DNA of 64,000 nt from Bacteroidales bacterium UBA5429. Its GTDB lineage: Bacteria > Bacteroidota > Bacteroidia > Bacteroidales > WCHB1-69. The stretch is taken from contig DIRT01000019.1 of assembly GCA_002427605.1 (NCBI GenBank), positions 7,214 to 71,213 on the forward strand, given 5' to 3'. A program made the position numbers and the translations under genes. Shown one piece after another: positions 21,129 through 30,947 of this stretch. Position 1 is the first letter of the stretch. Every line of letters begins with the position of its first letter. The notes under the pieces were generated by a model. The model searched no databases and was not told the DNA's origin. It saw only the letters and a program-made list of their open reading frames with translations.

Positions 21129-21848
21129 ATGAAAAAATTTTCAATCTATTATCTTTTTATTATTCCTTTGCTTTTTGTCAAATGTACCGATTTGACAAAT
21201 GAATATGCGAATCAACTTTTTACAGATATTGAACTAAACCGTGCATTCAGACAATGTTTGGTGCAAAGTGCGGATACTTCCAACGCACATTTGATGATTC
21301 CCGATTCGGTTCCGATGGGGTTTTATCACTATGACGAAGGGCATTATCGGATTCTTCTTCCGACTCAATTAGCTCATGTGGATACCCTTTTGCGTGCTAA
21401 TGGATATGGCGGAACGTTGGATTCTTTGTATTGGAAAACAAATCATGCTGCATCTTTGAACGGGAATTCCATGAAGGCTTTTTACAATGAACTGTTTCCG
21501 ACAGTTAACTTTGCTGAGCCCTATAAACTGTTGAGAGGAGATTCTACGGCAGTTGTTACGTACTTTGAAACGCATTATTATGGGTCAGTTTATTCCAGAG
21601 TATTGACGGTAGCGCAGCCCTGGTTGACAGCTCACGGAGTGAATACGCTTTGGGAACAGGTACAGCAAGCCTATTATGATCTATCAGGTCAATTTATAGC
21701 ACTCAACTACAACGAGTATGTCGCTCAATCTATCACAGCGGCGATTTTCGAGGAGATGAAACGGGAAGAGGTGCTGATTCGTCGCGATCCTTCACATCGT
21801 GGACCGCAATCCGGGAAACTATATGAAGTATTTTCTTCAAAATATTAA
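21129..21848 (+). CDS. DUF4197-like lipoprotein
   Basis: Lipobox-like LLFVKC; ILLP...N-x-AA...GDSTAVVTYF...EEVLIRRDP pattern. Start placed after the TATCTTTG box at 21100-21107. Confidence 0.65.
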   Translation: MKKFSIYYLFIIPLLFVKCTDLTNEYANQLFTDIELNRAFRQCLVQSADTSNAHLMIPDSVPMGFYHYDEGHYRILLPTQLAHVDTLLRANGYGGTLDSLYWKTNHAASLNGNSMKAFYNELFPTVNFAEPYKLLRGDSTAVVTYFETHYYGSVYSRVLTVAQPWLTAHGVNTLWEQVQQAYYDLSGQFIALNYNEYVAQSITAAIFEEMKREEVLIRRDPSHRGPQSGKLYEVFSSKY

Positions 21849-21887
21849 AAAAATGTATGATTAATCGATTTCTAAAAATTATAGCTT

Positions 21888-23120
21888 ATGAGAACAGATA
21901 AAATTTTTAGTGGTAAAGTATTAGCGATTTTGTCGGGGGGCGGAGATACTCCTGCCATCAATTCCAGTATTGAAGCAGTAAGAAATCGGGCATCGATGTT
22001 GGGATTTAAAGTGTATGGTATTTTAAGAGGTTGGAGGGGCTTGTTGGGCGATGGAGATGTGGTGGATTTGACCAATATTCCTTACAATGGGATCTATGGT
22101 GGTACCGGACTGCTATCCAGCAGAACCAATCCATTTCCGGGTAAACGCAATCCTGAGGATCGTTCAGAGCAGATCTTGAGAAACATTGAAAGATATAAAA
22201 TAGATGTTTTGGTGACCATTGGAGGAGACGATACCAATGGAGCTGCCAGAAAAATGTATGAGAAATATAAAATTCCGGTGATCGGTTTTCCCAAGACCAT
22301 CGATAATGACTTGAGAACCCGCACGATGCACCATTATCAAGGAAAATCGTATGAAACCGTATTGTGTCCCGGTTTTCCATCAGGTGCGATGCAGATTAAA
22401 AAGTTAACCGCTAAGTTGCACACTACCAATGAGTCACACCAACGGATTATGGTGTTGGAGGTGATGGGTCGTGATGCCGGCTGGTTGACCGGTTCAGCTT
22501 CTTTTGGAGGGGCGCAAATCTCATTGGTTCCGGAAGTGGAGATGACCAAAGAGCGTAAAGAGCGCTTTTTTGAGTTTGTGAAAGAGAAATATCATGCCTC
22601 TCCGACTAAAAGTTTGATTATTGCGGTTGCAGAAGGGGTAAGATGGTGGAATGACGAGAAAGGAGAATTGGGCATGGTGTACGCCAGCTCCGATTTGGAT
22701 GAGTATGGACACCCACGTTTTGGAGGAATCAGCGGAGTGATTGCATCGGAAATTAACAAAAAACTCGGTATTGAGGCAAGAGGACAAATCTCAGGTTATA
22801 TCCCCAGATCGGGCAGATGCTATGAGTACGATCGTCGATTGACCTCTACGTTGGCTGACAAGGTAGTTGATTTATTGTTGAGAGAGGATTACGGTAAGAT
22901 GCCGGTAATGAAGGATATCGTGCCTTATAACGAGTTAGAGGAGTTCCACACCAGCGTTATCGAGATGGGCAATATTGGAAACTTCCCGCTACCTCTCGAG
23001 TATTACGATCAGGAGCAGTTCCAATTTTCAGATCAATACACTCACTTTTTGACTCATATCATCGGTGAACCGTATCGTATGGAGTTTGAGACTCAATTAA
23101 AGAAAGTGATTCCTGAATAA
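21888..23120 (+). CDS. PfkA-family 6-phosphofructokinase, probably PPi-dependent
   Basis: SGGGDTPAIN, GGTGLLSSRTNP, GGDDT, PKTIDND, EVMGR. Confidence 0.9.
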   Translation: MRTDKIFSGKVLAILSGGGDTPAINSSIEAVRNRASMLGFKVYGILRGWRGLLGDGDVVDLTNIPYNGIYGGTGLLSSRTNPFPGKRNPEDRSEQILRNIERYKIDVLVTIGGDDTNGAARKMYEKYKIPVIGFPKTIDNDLRTRTMHHYQGKSYETVLCPGFPSGAMQIKKLTAKLHTTNESHQRIMVLEVMGRDAGWLTGSASFGGAQISLVPEVEMTKERKERFFEFVKEKYHASPTKSLIIAVAEGVRWWNDEKGELGMVYASSDLDEYGHPRFGGISGVIASEINKKLGIEARGQISGYIPRSGRCYEYDRRLTSTLADKVVDLLLREDYGKMPVMKDIVPYNELEEFHTSVIEMGNIGNFPLPLEYYDQEQFQFSDQYTHFLTHIIGEPYRMEFETQLKKVIPE

Positions 23121-23138
23121 GTTTAACTTTTTTATATT

Positions 23139-24443
23139 ATGGCTAGTTTTATTATTGAAGGGGGGCACCCACTCTCCGGTGAAATTACACCTCAGGGTGC
23201 GAAAAATGAAGCTTTACAGATTTTATGTGCCGTGTTGCTGACAGATGAGCCGGTGACTGTACATAATGTTCCCGATATCGTGGATATTCGTCGTTTGATC
23301 AAAATTCTGAGCTCTATCGGAGTGGAAGTAACTCCTTTGGGCGGAGGTTCGTTCCGTTTTCGAGCGAATCAGATTGATCTGGATTTTATGAAAACTAAGG
23401 ATTACACTAAATTATCGGGAAAAATTCGTGCTTCCATCATGACCATCGGACCGCTTTTGGGTCGATTTGGAGTGGCGTATGCTTCTGCACCGGGTGGAGA
23501 TAAAATTGGTCGAAGACCTTTAACTACTCACTTTGAGGGATTTGAGAAGTTGGGTGCAACGATGTCTCACCATAAAGGGATGATCTATAAGCTCAAAGCG
23601 GATCCGCTAAAAGGCTGTTATATGTTGCTGAATGAGGCTTCTGTGACCGGAACAGCAAACTTGGTGATGGCAGCCGTGTTGGCAAAAGGAACAACCACTA
23701 TTTTTAATGCAGCCTGTGAACCTTATCTGTTGCAATTGTGCAGGATGTTGAATCGGATGGGTGCCAAAATCTCCGGTTTGGGATCCAACTTGCTGACCAT
23801 CGAGGGAGTGGAAAAGTTACACGGTTGTGAACATACTGTGTTGCCCGATATGATCGAGATAGGTAGCTTTATTGGAATGGCAGCCCTGAATCGCTCTGAA
23901 ATTACCATTAAAGATTGTTCCTGGGAGAACTTAGGGATTATTCCATATACTTTTTCTAAATTGGGGATTAAACTGGAACAACGGGGAGATGATATCTTTG
24001 TTCCGAAACAGAAAGAGTATGTGATTGAGCGTCAGATGGATGGCTCTATTTTGACGATCGCCGATGCGCCTTGGCCGGGATTTACTCCCGACCTGATCAG
24101 TATCGCTTTGGTAACTGCCGTTCAAGGGAAAGGAAGCGTTTTGATTCACCAGAAGATGTTTGAAAGTCGTCTCTTCTTTGTGGATAGTTTGCAAAGTATG
24201 GGAGCGCAGATCATTCTGTGTGACCCCCACCGTGCTACGGTGATCGGATTGAACCATCAGATACCGTTGCGGGCAACCAAGATGGCTTCTCCCGATATTC
24301 GTGCGGGGGTAGCGCTGTTGATTGCTGCACTCTCGGCAGAAGGAACCAGCGTGATTCAAAACGTGGAACAGATCGATAGAGGTTATCAGGATATTGTGAA
24401 CCGTTTGAATAGCTTGGGTGCAAATATTATCAGAGAGGATTAA
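23139..24443 (+). CDS. murA: UDP-N-acetylglucosamine 1-carboxyvinyltransferase
   Basis: GAKNEAL, PGGDKIGRR, SVTGTAN, PDIRAG, IDRGY. Confidence 0.96.
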   Translation: MASFIIEGGHPLSGEITPQGAKNEALQILCAVLLTDEPVTVHNVPDIVDIRRLIKILSSIGVEVTPLGGGSFRFRANQIDLDFMKTKDYTKLSGKIRASIMTIGPLLGRFGVAYASAPGGDKIGRRPLTTHFEGFEKLGATMSHHKGMIYKLKADPLKGCYMLLNEASVTGTANLVMAAVLAKGTTTIFNAACEPYLLQLCRMLNRMGAKISGLGSNLLTIEGVEKLHGCEHTVLPDMIEIGSFIGMAALNRSEITIKDCSWENLGIIPYTFSKLGIKLEQRGDDIFVPKQKEYVIERQMDGSILTIADAPWPGFTPDLISIALVTAVQGKGSVLIHQKMFESRLFFVDSLQSMGAQIILCDPHRATVIGLNHQIPLRATKMASPDIRAGVALLIAALSAEGTSVIQNVEQIDRGYQDIVNRLNSLGANIIRED

Positions 24444-24541
24444 TCCTATAGATAAATTCAACAGATCCTATTTAAAATATTGATATTCACCCTGTTTGCT
24501 TTTTCTTTACTTTTGACCATCAGAATTAAATAAAGAGAACC

Positions 24542-25114
24542 ATGCAAACCATAATGATGTTACTCTCCTTCCAACCTGCAACCGACACGATTCTTCTGGG
24601 AGCCGGTTGTTTCTGGTGTGTGGAAGCGATGTTCAAGAAGTTGAAAGGGGTGATTTCCGTAGAGTCCGGGTATAGCGGAGGGGAGATGGAGAATCCGTCC
24701 TACCGCGATGTATGTAGCGGCGAGACCGGTCATGCGGAGGTGGTGAAGGTGGTGTATGATCCCGCTGTTTTGTCGGTGGAGCAGCTGCTGGAGATCTTTT
24801 TCGCGGTACACAATCCGACCACCCTCAATCGTCAGGGTCCCGACGTGGGCACGCAGTACCGTTCTGCCATCTATTACAGCAATGAGGCGCAGTTAGAAGC
24901 GATTCAGCAGGTGATGAGCCGCATCGAAGAGGCGCAGCTGTTCAAAGATCCGATCGTTACGGAAGTGGCTCCCATCAAGAATTTCTACAAAGCGGAGGAT
25001 TACCACACCGACTACTTTGAACTGCACGGGAATGAACCCTACTGCCAGATGGTAATCCGCCCCAAGATGACCCGGTTTAAGGAGAAATTTCGCTCCCTCC
25101 TTGAAGGGATTTAA
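24542..25114 (+). CDS. msrA: Peptide-methionine (S)-S-oxide reductase
   Basis: GAGCFWCVE, TGHAEVV, RQGPDVGTQYRS, AEDYH. Confidence 0.96.
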   Translation: MQTIMMLLSFQPATDTILLGAGCFWCVEAMFKKLKGVISVESGYSGGEMENPSYRDVCSGETGHAEVVKVVYDPAVLSVEQLLEIFFAVHNPTTLNRQGPDVGTQYRSAIYYSNEAQLEAIQQVMSRIEEAQLFKDPIVTEVAPIKNFYKAEDYHTDYFELHGNEPYCQMVIRPKMTRFKEKFRSLLEGI

Positions 25115-25736
25115 AAGTCGAAAGTCGGAAGTCGGAAGGCGAAATCAATTACGAATTACGAATTACGGGGTTTATGTTATTGCATGTTTGTAAATTATGT
25201 TTGCTGGGTTGGTCGTAGAGACGCAAGGCATTGCGTCTCTATGGATATAATTGTAAATATTTGTTTTTCAAATGATTATAATAAAATAAAAATCCGTAAT
25301 TTTGCAGGTTATTAATTCATTGCATTATGAAATCTCGTTTTCTTTTTGTTATAATTGTAATTTTCTCATTGGGACAATCCTATTCCCAACAGGAGTTTCA
25401 ATCTTTGTTTAACACCAAAATGAAGGAGGGGTGCCCGAAGGGCGGGGTGGTTTTTCCCCACTCGGCAAAGGGCAGGGACAAGCCCTGCCCCTACAATCGC
25501 GGTTAATTAAATTTATAATCTGTAATTTCGTGAATATCAAACGTTTATTGTAATTTTAATGCTGTTGCATAATAACATCATGGACCATGGTTGTTTTTTT
25601 GGTTTTTCTCGGACAGGTCGCGACCTGTCCCTACAATAATCGCGTTCAATTTTAATTTGAACCCCGTAATTCGTAATTCGTAATTGAATTCCGCCTTCCG
25701 CCTTTTAATTCTACCTTCTACCTTCTACCTTCTTCC
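25115..25736. mobile_element. Composite intergenic element E: MITE/REPIN-like unit with inverted (AATTACG)n ends and REP cargo
   Basis: Perfect inverted repeat 25145-25172 / 25660-25687. Inside are REP palindromes at 25215-25242, 25424-25451, 25470-25494 and 25611-25634. Outer GAAAGTC/GGAAGGC and GCCTTCC/ACCTTCT heptamers flank it. Confidence 0.7.
25327..25506 (+). pseudogene. Remnant 5' end of a secreted-protein gene running into REP sequence
   Basis: TAATTTTG box at 25297-25304, then MKSRFLFVIIVIFSLGQSYS|QQEF (signal peptide). After about 32 codons the frame reads through REP DNA to a stop. Confidence 0.5.
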
Positions 25737-27233
25737 TTATTTAATTACTATCCTAAAATCATCCACATATATTTTCTCCCGGGAAGGGTTGTAGATGTAA
25801 ATTTTCATTAAATCGGCTTGTTTAATGCTATCCGGGATGGTGAAGGTTTTGCTGTATTTTACCCATTGATTAACCTCCTTGATATCATCTTTTACATCAA
25901 ATCCAACCCTATAGAAGTTGAAACTACTTCCGTGTGCCTCAATAATCAGTTTTGCGTCATGGTTTAAAGATTTTTGATTGAGCATAAGCTCAATGGCAAT
26001 ATTTTGTTTCAAGCTGTCAGGTATAACCTTTAGAGGATACTCCCAGGTAATGCTGAAATCATTGCCTGTACCAGTTCGTGATGACTTGTTGCCGGAATAA
26101 GCTAATTCAGAGGTTATGGTGTGCATTTGTTCCCAAACTTCACAACTGTTATCGCAACTGTTAAAGAAATTCGTATGGTATGTAGTGCCTAAATTCACTT
26201 CTACGTAAAACTCTTTGTACCAGGTTTTTAATGCTTCGGCAACGTTTTTTGCAACTATTTTTCTTCCTTTTTCAGCATAATGTTCTGTAGTCCAATCCTG
26301 GTCAATAAACTGTTCATCTTCAACGACATTTAAGTTGTTAACTACTATTACACCTCTATTTTGAAAGTAGTTTTCCAGGATCTTAGCATTCTCATTGATC
26401 ATGTAAACTAATTCATCACCGATCAGCTCTTGTGCTTTTTCAGTGTTCTCTGCCAATAGATTAAAAACAAGGTTCCAGCCTCTTTTATGTGCTAATTTTA
26501 TAATATCATTAAAATCTTTGATTCTGGGATTATTTGTAGTGTCTAACTGAAAACCATAAGTTTTAATGTAGTGACAAGCCAATTCAGTTTGTTTGTAATC
26601 AATATTTCCAACACTATCTTTTATGCCGTAATTGGCCATCCAATAATCCCACTCAATTACGTTTTGAAACGGGAATTCAAATGGTAAATTGAATTGATCT
26701 CTTTTCCATTTCTTCTTAAATTGTTCCTCCCGCTCACTTTCTGATTTGATGTCATATGCTTTGAAGGATAATAAAAAACGATTGAATAGTGGTGGGTATG
26801 GTTTGATCAGAACTAAACTTTTTTGTAACGGTGTTTCAAGGTCAGAATAGATCCAATTTGCATTAAAAGAACGTAAGTTGAGAGTAACAATTACAGTCTT
26901 AACCTGGTTTTCAAGAGGGATGTTCTCTAACAAGACTTTATAAATACCCGCATGGGCTGCAGGTTTTGTGATGTCGTAAGTGTTTAATTCCGGGAAGTAA
27001 TCTCCCACAAAGGCAGAAATATATCTTTTATCAAGATCATCTCTACGAAAAGAGTTGTTAGATGATTCCCCTACGTATATGATGTCTGCATCATTGGGGA
27101 TATCTCTAACCAAATTGATGATATCAGAATGTTGTTGAATATCATCCTCATAGAACCATTTACTGTAAACAGCATTGATGATCACCAGCACTATAAATAG
27201 AAGAATTACTTTGAATGCTATTTTTTTGTACAT
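25737..27233 (-). CDS. Membrane-anchored SGNH/DltD-like protein with C-terminal carbohydrate-binding-like domain
   Basis: N-terminal TM helix, IIYVGESS, D-x-x-x-x-x-EHY; C-terminal beta-sandwich ending IYVDDFRI; directly downstream of an MBOAT gene. Confidence 0.6.
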   Translation of the reverse strand: MYKKIAFKVILLFIVLVIINAVYSKWFYEDDIQQHSDIINLVRDIPNDADIIYVGESSNNSFRRDDLDKRYISAFVGDYFPELNTYDITKPAAHAGIYKVLLENIPLENQVKTVIVTLNLRSFNANWIYSDLETPLQKSLVLIKPYPPLFNRFLLSFKAYDIKSESEREEQFKKKWKRDQFNLPFEFPFQNVIEWDYWMANYGIKDSVGNIDYKQTELACHYIKTYGFQLDTTNNPRIKDFNDIIKLAHKRGWNLVFNLLAENTEKAQELIGDELVYMINENAKILENYFQNRGVIVVNNLNVVEDEQFIDQDWTTEHYAEKGRKIVAKNVAEALKTWYKEFYVEVNLGTTYHTNFFNSCDNSCEVWEQMHTITSELAYSGNKSSRTGTGNDFSITWEYPLKVIPDSLKQNIAIELMLNQKSLNHDAKLIIEAHGSSFNFYRVGFDVKDDIKEVNQWVKYSKTFTIPDSIKQADLMKIYIYNPSREKIYVDDFRIVIK

Positions 27234-27243
27234 ACCTTACTGT

Positions 27244-28659
27244 TTAGAATTGGAAATAAATAAATGGAAAATTTTCTACTCCCGCATGGACAATGATGCT
27301 AAAGATAAAAATAGCGTATATAATCCATCTGCCAATAAGAGGAATGTTTGCCATCCATGAATCAAAGCGTTTATTGTACAGCAAGATGTCCGTAATGATA
27401 AAAAAGATCAACCAAAACCAAACATAACCCGGAATGATTAGTGCTTCAGTTATTTGTCCTGATCCTGAAAATAATAAAGTGAAAATGTTCATTGCTTCGC
27501 CAAAGGACTGACTTCTAAAGAATACCCATATTAAAGTAACCAAAGCAAAGGTTTTGAGCGATAAGAGAATATGCCCGAGAGAGTAGGGTTTATGTTCTTT
27601 TTCCAGCTTCAAAGCCGAGTTTAAAACCTTTTCAAGGATATATAAAACGCCATATAGAGCACCCCAAATCAGAAATGTCCAGTTGGCGCCGTGCCAAATT
27701 CCACTGACTACAAAAACAATCATGATATTGAGTGCCCATCTGCTTTTTTTTACCCGATTACCTCCAAGGGGATAGTATAAATAGTCTCTAAACCAAGTAG
27801 ATAGGGAAATATGCCATCTTTGCCAGAACTCGGCTATGTTTTTTGCCAAATAGGGTGTTTTGAAGTTGTTCATCAGGTTTACACCCATTATTTTTGCACT
27901 TCCGATAGCAATAACGGAGTATCCGTAAAAGTCGCTGTAAATCTGGAAGGAGTAGAAAACGACACCTTTCAATATATCCAGAGAAGAATAGTTGTTTGGG
28001 GCAGCATATATTTTGTCAACAATTCCGGCCAGATTATCTGCAATCACCATTTTGATAAATAAACCATAGAGAATAAGTCGTAGTCCATTAGCCAGATTGT
28101 CGTAAGTAAAATCATGTTTTGCCTTGAGTTGTGGTGTAAGTCTGGAAAAACGCTCAATGGGACCGGCTACAAGCTGAGGAAAAAATGAGACATATAGGGC
28201 AAAATAGCCTAAGTGTTTTTCAGCCTTCTCTTTCCCGAAATAAACGTCAATGGAATAACTTAAAGCCTGAAAAGTATAGAATGAAATCCCAACCGGTAAT
28301 AAAAAACTCATTAATGGGATATCTTTTCCTATCTCTAACTTATCAAAGAGGAGGTTGATATTTTCAGCAGCAAAGTTAAAGTATTTGAAGAAAAAAAGGA
28401 TTCCCAGGTTTGCACTGAGATTCAATATGAGGAGTAGCAGTTTTGATTTTTTGCCCGGGTATTTTTCCATCAAAACACCGCTCGAATAAGCAATTAACGT
28501 GGATATAGCTATCAAGAATACATACTCTACCTTCCAACTCATGTAAAAGAAGTAGCTGGCTGCAAGAAGCAATATCCACCTCAATTTATGAGGGAGCAGG
28601 AAGTAAAATATTACCACAATGGGTAAAAAGAGGAGATATTCTATGGTGTTAAAAAGCAT
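27244..28659 (-). CDS. MBOAT family O-acyltransferase (AlgI/DltB-like)
   Basis: LPVGISFYTFQ, FFPQLVAGPI, FWQRWHISLS, GIWHGANWTF. Confidence 0.93.
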   Translation of the reverse strand: MLFNTIEYLLFLPIVVIFYFLLPHKLRWILLLAASYFFYMSWKVEYVFLIAISTLIAYSSGVLMEKYPGKKSKLLLLILNLSANLGILFFFKYFNFAAENINLLFDKLEIGKDIPLMSFLLPVGISFYTFQALSYSIDVYFGKEKAEKHLGYFALYVSFFPQLVAGPIERFSRLTPQLKAKHDFTYDNLANGLRLILYGLFIKMVIADNLAGIVDKIYAAPNNYSSLDILKGVVFYSFQIYSDFYGYSVIAIGSAKIMGVNLMNNFKTPYLAKNIAEFWQRWHISLSTWFRDYLYYPLGGNRVKKSRWALNIMIVFVVSGIWHGANWTFLIWGALYGVLYILEKVLNSALKLEKEHKPYSLGHILLSLKTFALVTLIWVFFRSQSFGEAMNIFTLLFSGSGQITEALIIPGYVWFWLIFFIITDILLYNKRFDSWMANIPLIGRWIIYAIFIFSIIVHAGVENFPFIYFQF

Positions 28660-28691
28660 ATTGCATAAGTTTCAGTGTGGGAGTTTGGTTT

Positions 28692-30263
28692 TTAGCCATC
28701 AATCTCCACTTCTTGCTCGGCTATAGGTGTTCTCACATCCTGCGGACTGATCAGCACGCCCGGTTCTTTGGGGGCTATCTTGAAAGTGATGTTGTGGTCT
28801 TTGAGTTGGGTGATGAGGTCGATCACAGTGTGAATCTCTACGGTTTCAGTGCAGAATACCAACTCGTTGATTTTCTCATCTTCCAGCAGTTCAATAAACT
28901 TTTTTTGATCAAATGGAGCGGTGAGGTCACTGAATAGGAGCTTTTCGGGAGCAGTATCATTCAGTTGTACCAAAAGTGCAACGCGATGCACTTCCTTCCC
29001 CCCTAATATCATTATTTTCCTGGAAGAAGAATCCCCAAAATAAAACGACTTAATCTTGAGTTTATGCAACAGATAACGGAGAGAGTTCATGGCAACGGTA
29101 GTCCACATGGCGCCTAAAACGATGATAGCGCGTGAATATCTTGCGGTTTCCGGCAGGAGCGAGTAGATCAGCAATATAGCGACCGTACCCAGCAGAATTC
29201 CTTTGTTGATTTTATGCAGTGCAAAGGGCTTTTTATATCCTTTCATGAGGGCTATGCAAAGAATCCACGTGACGATGTAGAGCGGTACGAAAAGATAACG
29301 GTAAATGGGCGGATAGGGTGCGATTAAAACCGCTTGTTCCCAATACTTTGCCAGCAATAACATCCCGGAGTAGATCACGATAAAGTCGAGAATGGGCATC
29401 ATCAACTGGGCTACTACTCTTTTGAGAATCGCTAAGCCAGCGCGCAACCAGATGGCAAAATTGAGAAAGTGGCGGTAAATTTTGGCGGCTCCTCCAATGA
29501 AATGTTTCTCCACAAAAATCTGCATCGCTTTGTAAAATACAATCACATAATTGAGAGAACCTTTTTTGGTACTTTCTCCCTTGTAGTGGATAATCCTTGT
29601 TTCGGGATAATAATAATTTTTGTAACCACCTTGTGTAATTCGGTAGGATAGATCCACATCCTCGCCGTACATAAAAAAGGTGTTGTCCAGAGATCCAACC
29701 TTGTCGATTGCAGTTTTGCGCAATAGCATGTAAGCTCCGGCAAGTACTTCCACTTCATTGATTTCATTATCATCCAGATAGGTAAGGTGATATGAACTGA
29801 ATTTCTTAGATTTTGGAAATAGCTTGGAGAGTCCGAATATCTTGTAAAAAGCCACGGAAGGGATGGGCAGCGCTCTTTTGGATTCAGGAAGAAATTCCCC
29901 CTCTCCATTGATCATTTTCACTCCCAGGGCGCCTGCATCCGGGTGTTCATCCATAAATTGGATCGATTTTTCAAAGGTGTCTTTTTGTACCAGCGTGTCC
30001 GGATTGAGCAGCAGGATGTACTCTCCCTTTGCCATGTCAATCGCCTGGTTGTTAGCCCGGGAGAAGCCCACATTCTCTTTATTGGCAATCAGATGTACCT
30101 GTGGGAAGCACTCCTGAACCATCTCAACGGATTGATCTTGCGAGTTGTTATCCACAACAAAGATCTCAGCTTCAATATTTTGAGTGGCATCCAGAACCGA
30201 ATCCAAACATTGCCTTAAAAAATGTTTGACATTATAGTTAACGATGACAATACTGAGTTTCAT
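28692..30263 (-). CDS. GT2 glycosyltransferase with C-terminal membrane domain
   Basis: LSIVIVNYN, VVDNNS, LLNPD, FFMYGEDVD, followed by several TM helices. Confidence 0.88.
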   Translation of the reverse strand: MKLSIVIVNYNVKHFLRQCLDSVLDATQNIEAEIFVVDNNSQDQSVEMVQECFPQVHLIANKENVGFSRANNQAIDMAKGEYILLLNPDTLVQKDTFEKSIQFMDEHPDAGALGVKMINGEGEFLPESKRALPIPSVAFYKIFGLSKLFPKSKKFSSYHLTYLDDNEINEVEVLAGAYMLLRKTAIDKVGSLDNTFFMYGEDVDLSYRITQGGYKNYYYPETRIIHYKGESTKKGSLNYVIVFYKAMQIFVEKHFIGGAAKIYRHFLNFAIWLRAGLAILKRVVAQLMMPILDFIVIYSGMLLLAKYWEQAVLIAPYPPIYRYLFVPLYIVTWILCIALMKGYKKPFALHKINKGILLGTVAILLIYSLLPETARYSRAIIVLGAMWTTVAMNSLRYLLHKLKIKSFYFGDSSSRKIMILGGKEVHRVALLVQLNDTAPEKLLFSDLTAPFDQKKFIELLEDEKINELVFCTETVEIHTVIDLITQLKDHNITFKIAPKEPGVLISPQDVRTPIAEQEVEIDG

Positions 30264-30267
30264 AATC

Positions 30268-30936
30268 TTATTGTGTAGGCAGATAAGCCATGACACTCTT
30301 TTGAGATCTTACCTTATCTGCTATTTTTACATTGATTTTGGCGTTGAGGGGAAGAAAAAGATCTACACGAGATCCAAATTTGATGATTCCCATCTCTTCA
30401 CCTTGTTTAACTTGATCATTTTCTTGGGAGTAGGATACAATTCGTCTGGCAACGATGCCGGCAATTTGTCGAAACAGGATCTCTACTCCTTGTTCATTGC
30501 GCACTACCACACTATTATGCTCATTATCTTTCGAAGCTTTGGGTAGTTTGGCGATATAGTGTTTACCGGGATGGTACTTGACATAGGATACCGTTCCATC
30601 TATCGGGTAGCTGTTGACATGAACATTAAAGGGGGACATAAAGATTGAGATTTGGATTCGTTGATCCTTAAAATACTCATCCTCAAATACTTCGTTAATT
30701 TGAACAACAGTGCCATCTGCGGGACTAAGCACACCGTCAGCAGTTCTGTTGACAACGCGTGAGGGAACTCTAAAAAAACGGATGGTAAAAAAAAGTAGAG
30801 TAAGCAGAAGTAGTGTTACGATAATATCCAGACAGAGACAGGAGGATTTGAAGCCAATAAAATAGAGGCAGAGTAAAAAAATAACAATCAACAACACAAC
30901 CCCGATAGAGTTGTATCCCTCTCTGTGAATTCTCAT
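30268..30936 (-). CDS. psd: Phosphatidylserine decarboxylase proenzyme
   Basis: SPADG, IFMSPFNVHVN, QIAG..ARRI, KFGSRVD autocleavage site. Confidence 0.93.
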   Translation of the reverse strand: MRIHREGYNSIGVVLLIVIFLLCLYFIGFKSSCLCLDIIVTLLLLTLLFFTIRFFRVPSRVVNRTADGVLSPADGTVVQINEVFEDEYFKDQRIQISIFMSPFNVHVNSYPIDGTVSYVKYHPGKHYIAKLPKASKDNEHNSVVVRNEQGVEILFRQIAGIVARRIVSYSQENDQVKQGEEMGIIKFGSRVDLFLPLNAKINVKIADKVRSQKSVMAYLPTQ

Positions 30937-30947
30937 GGATTAACTAC

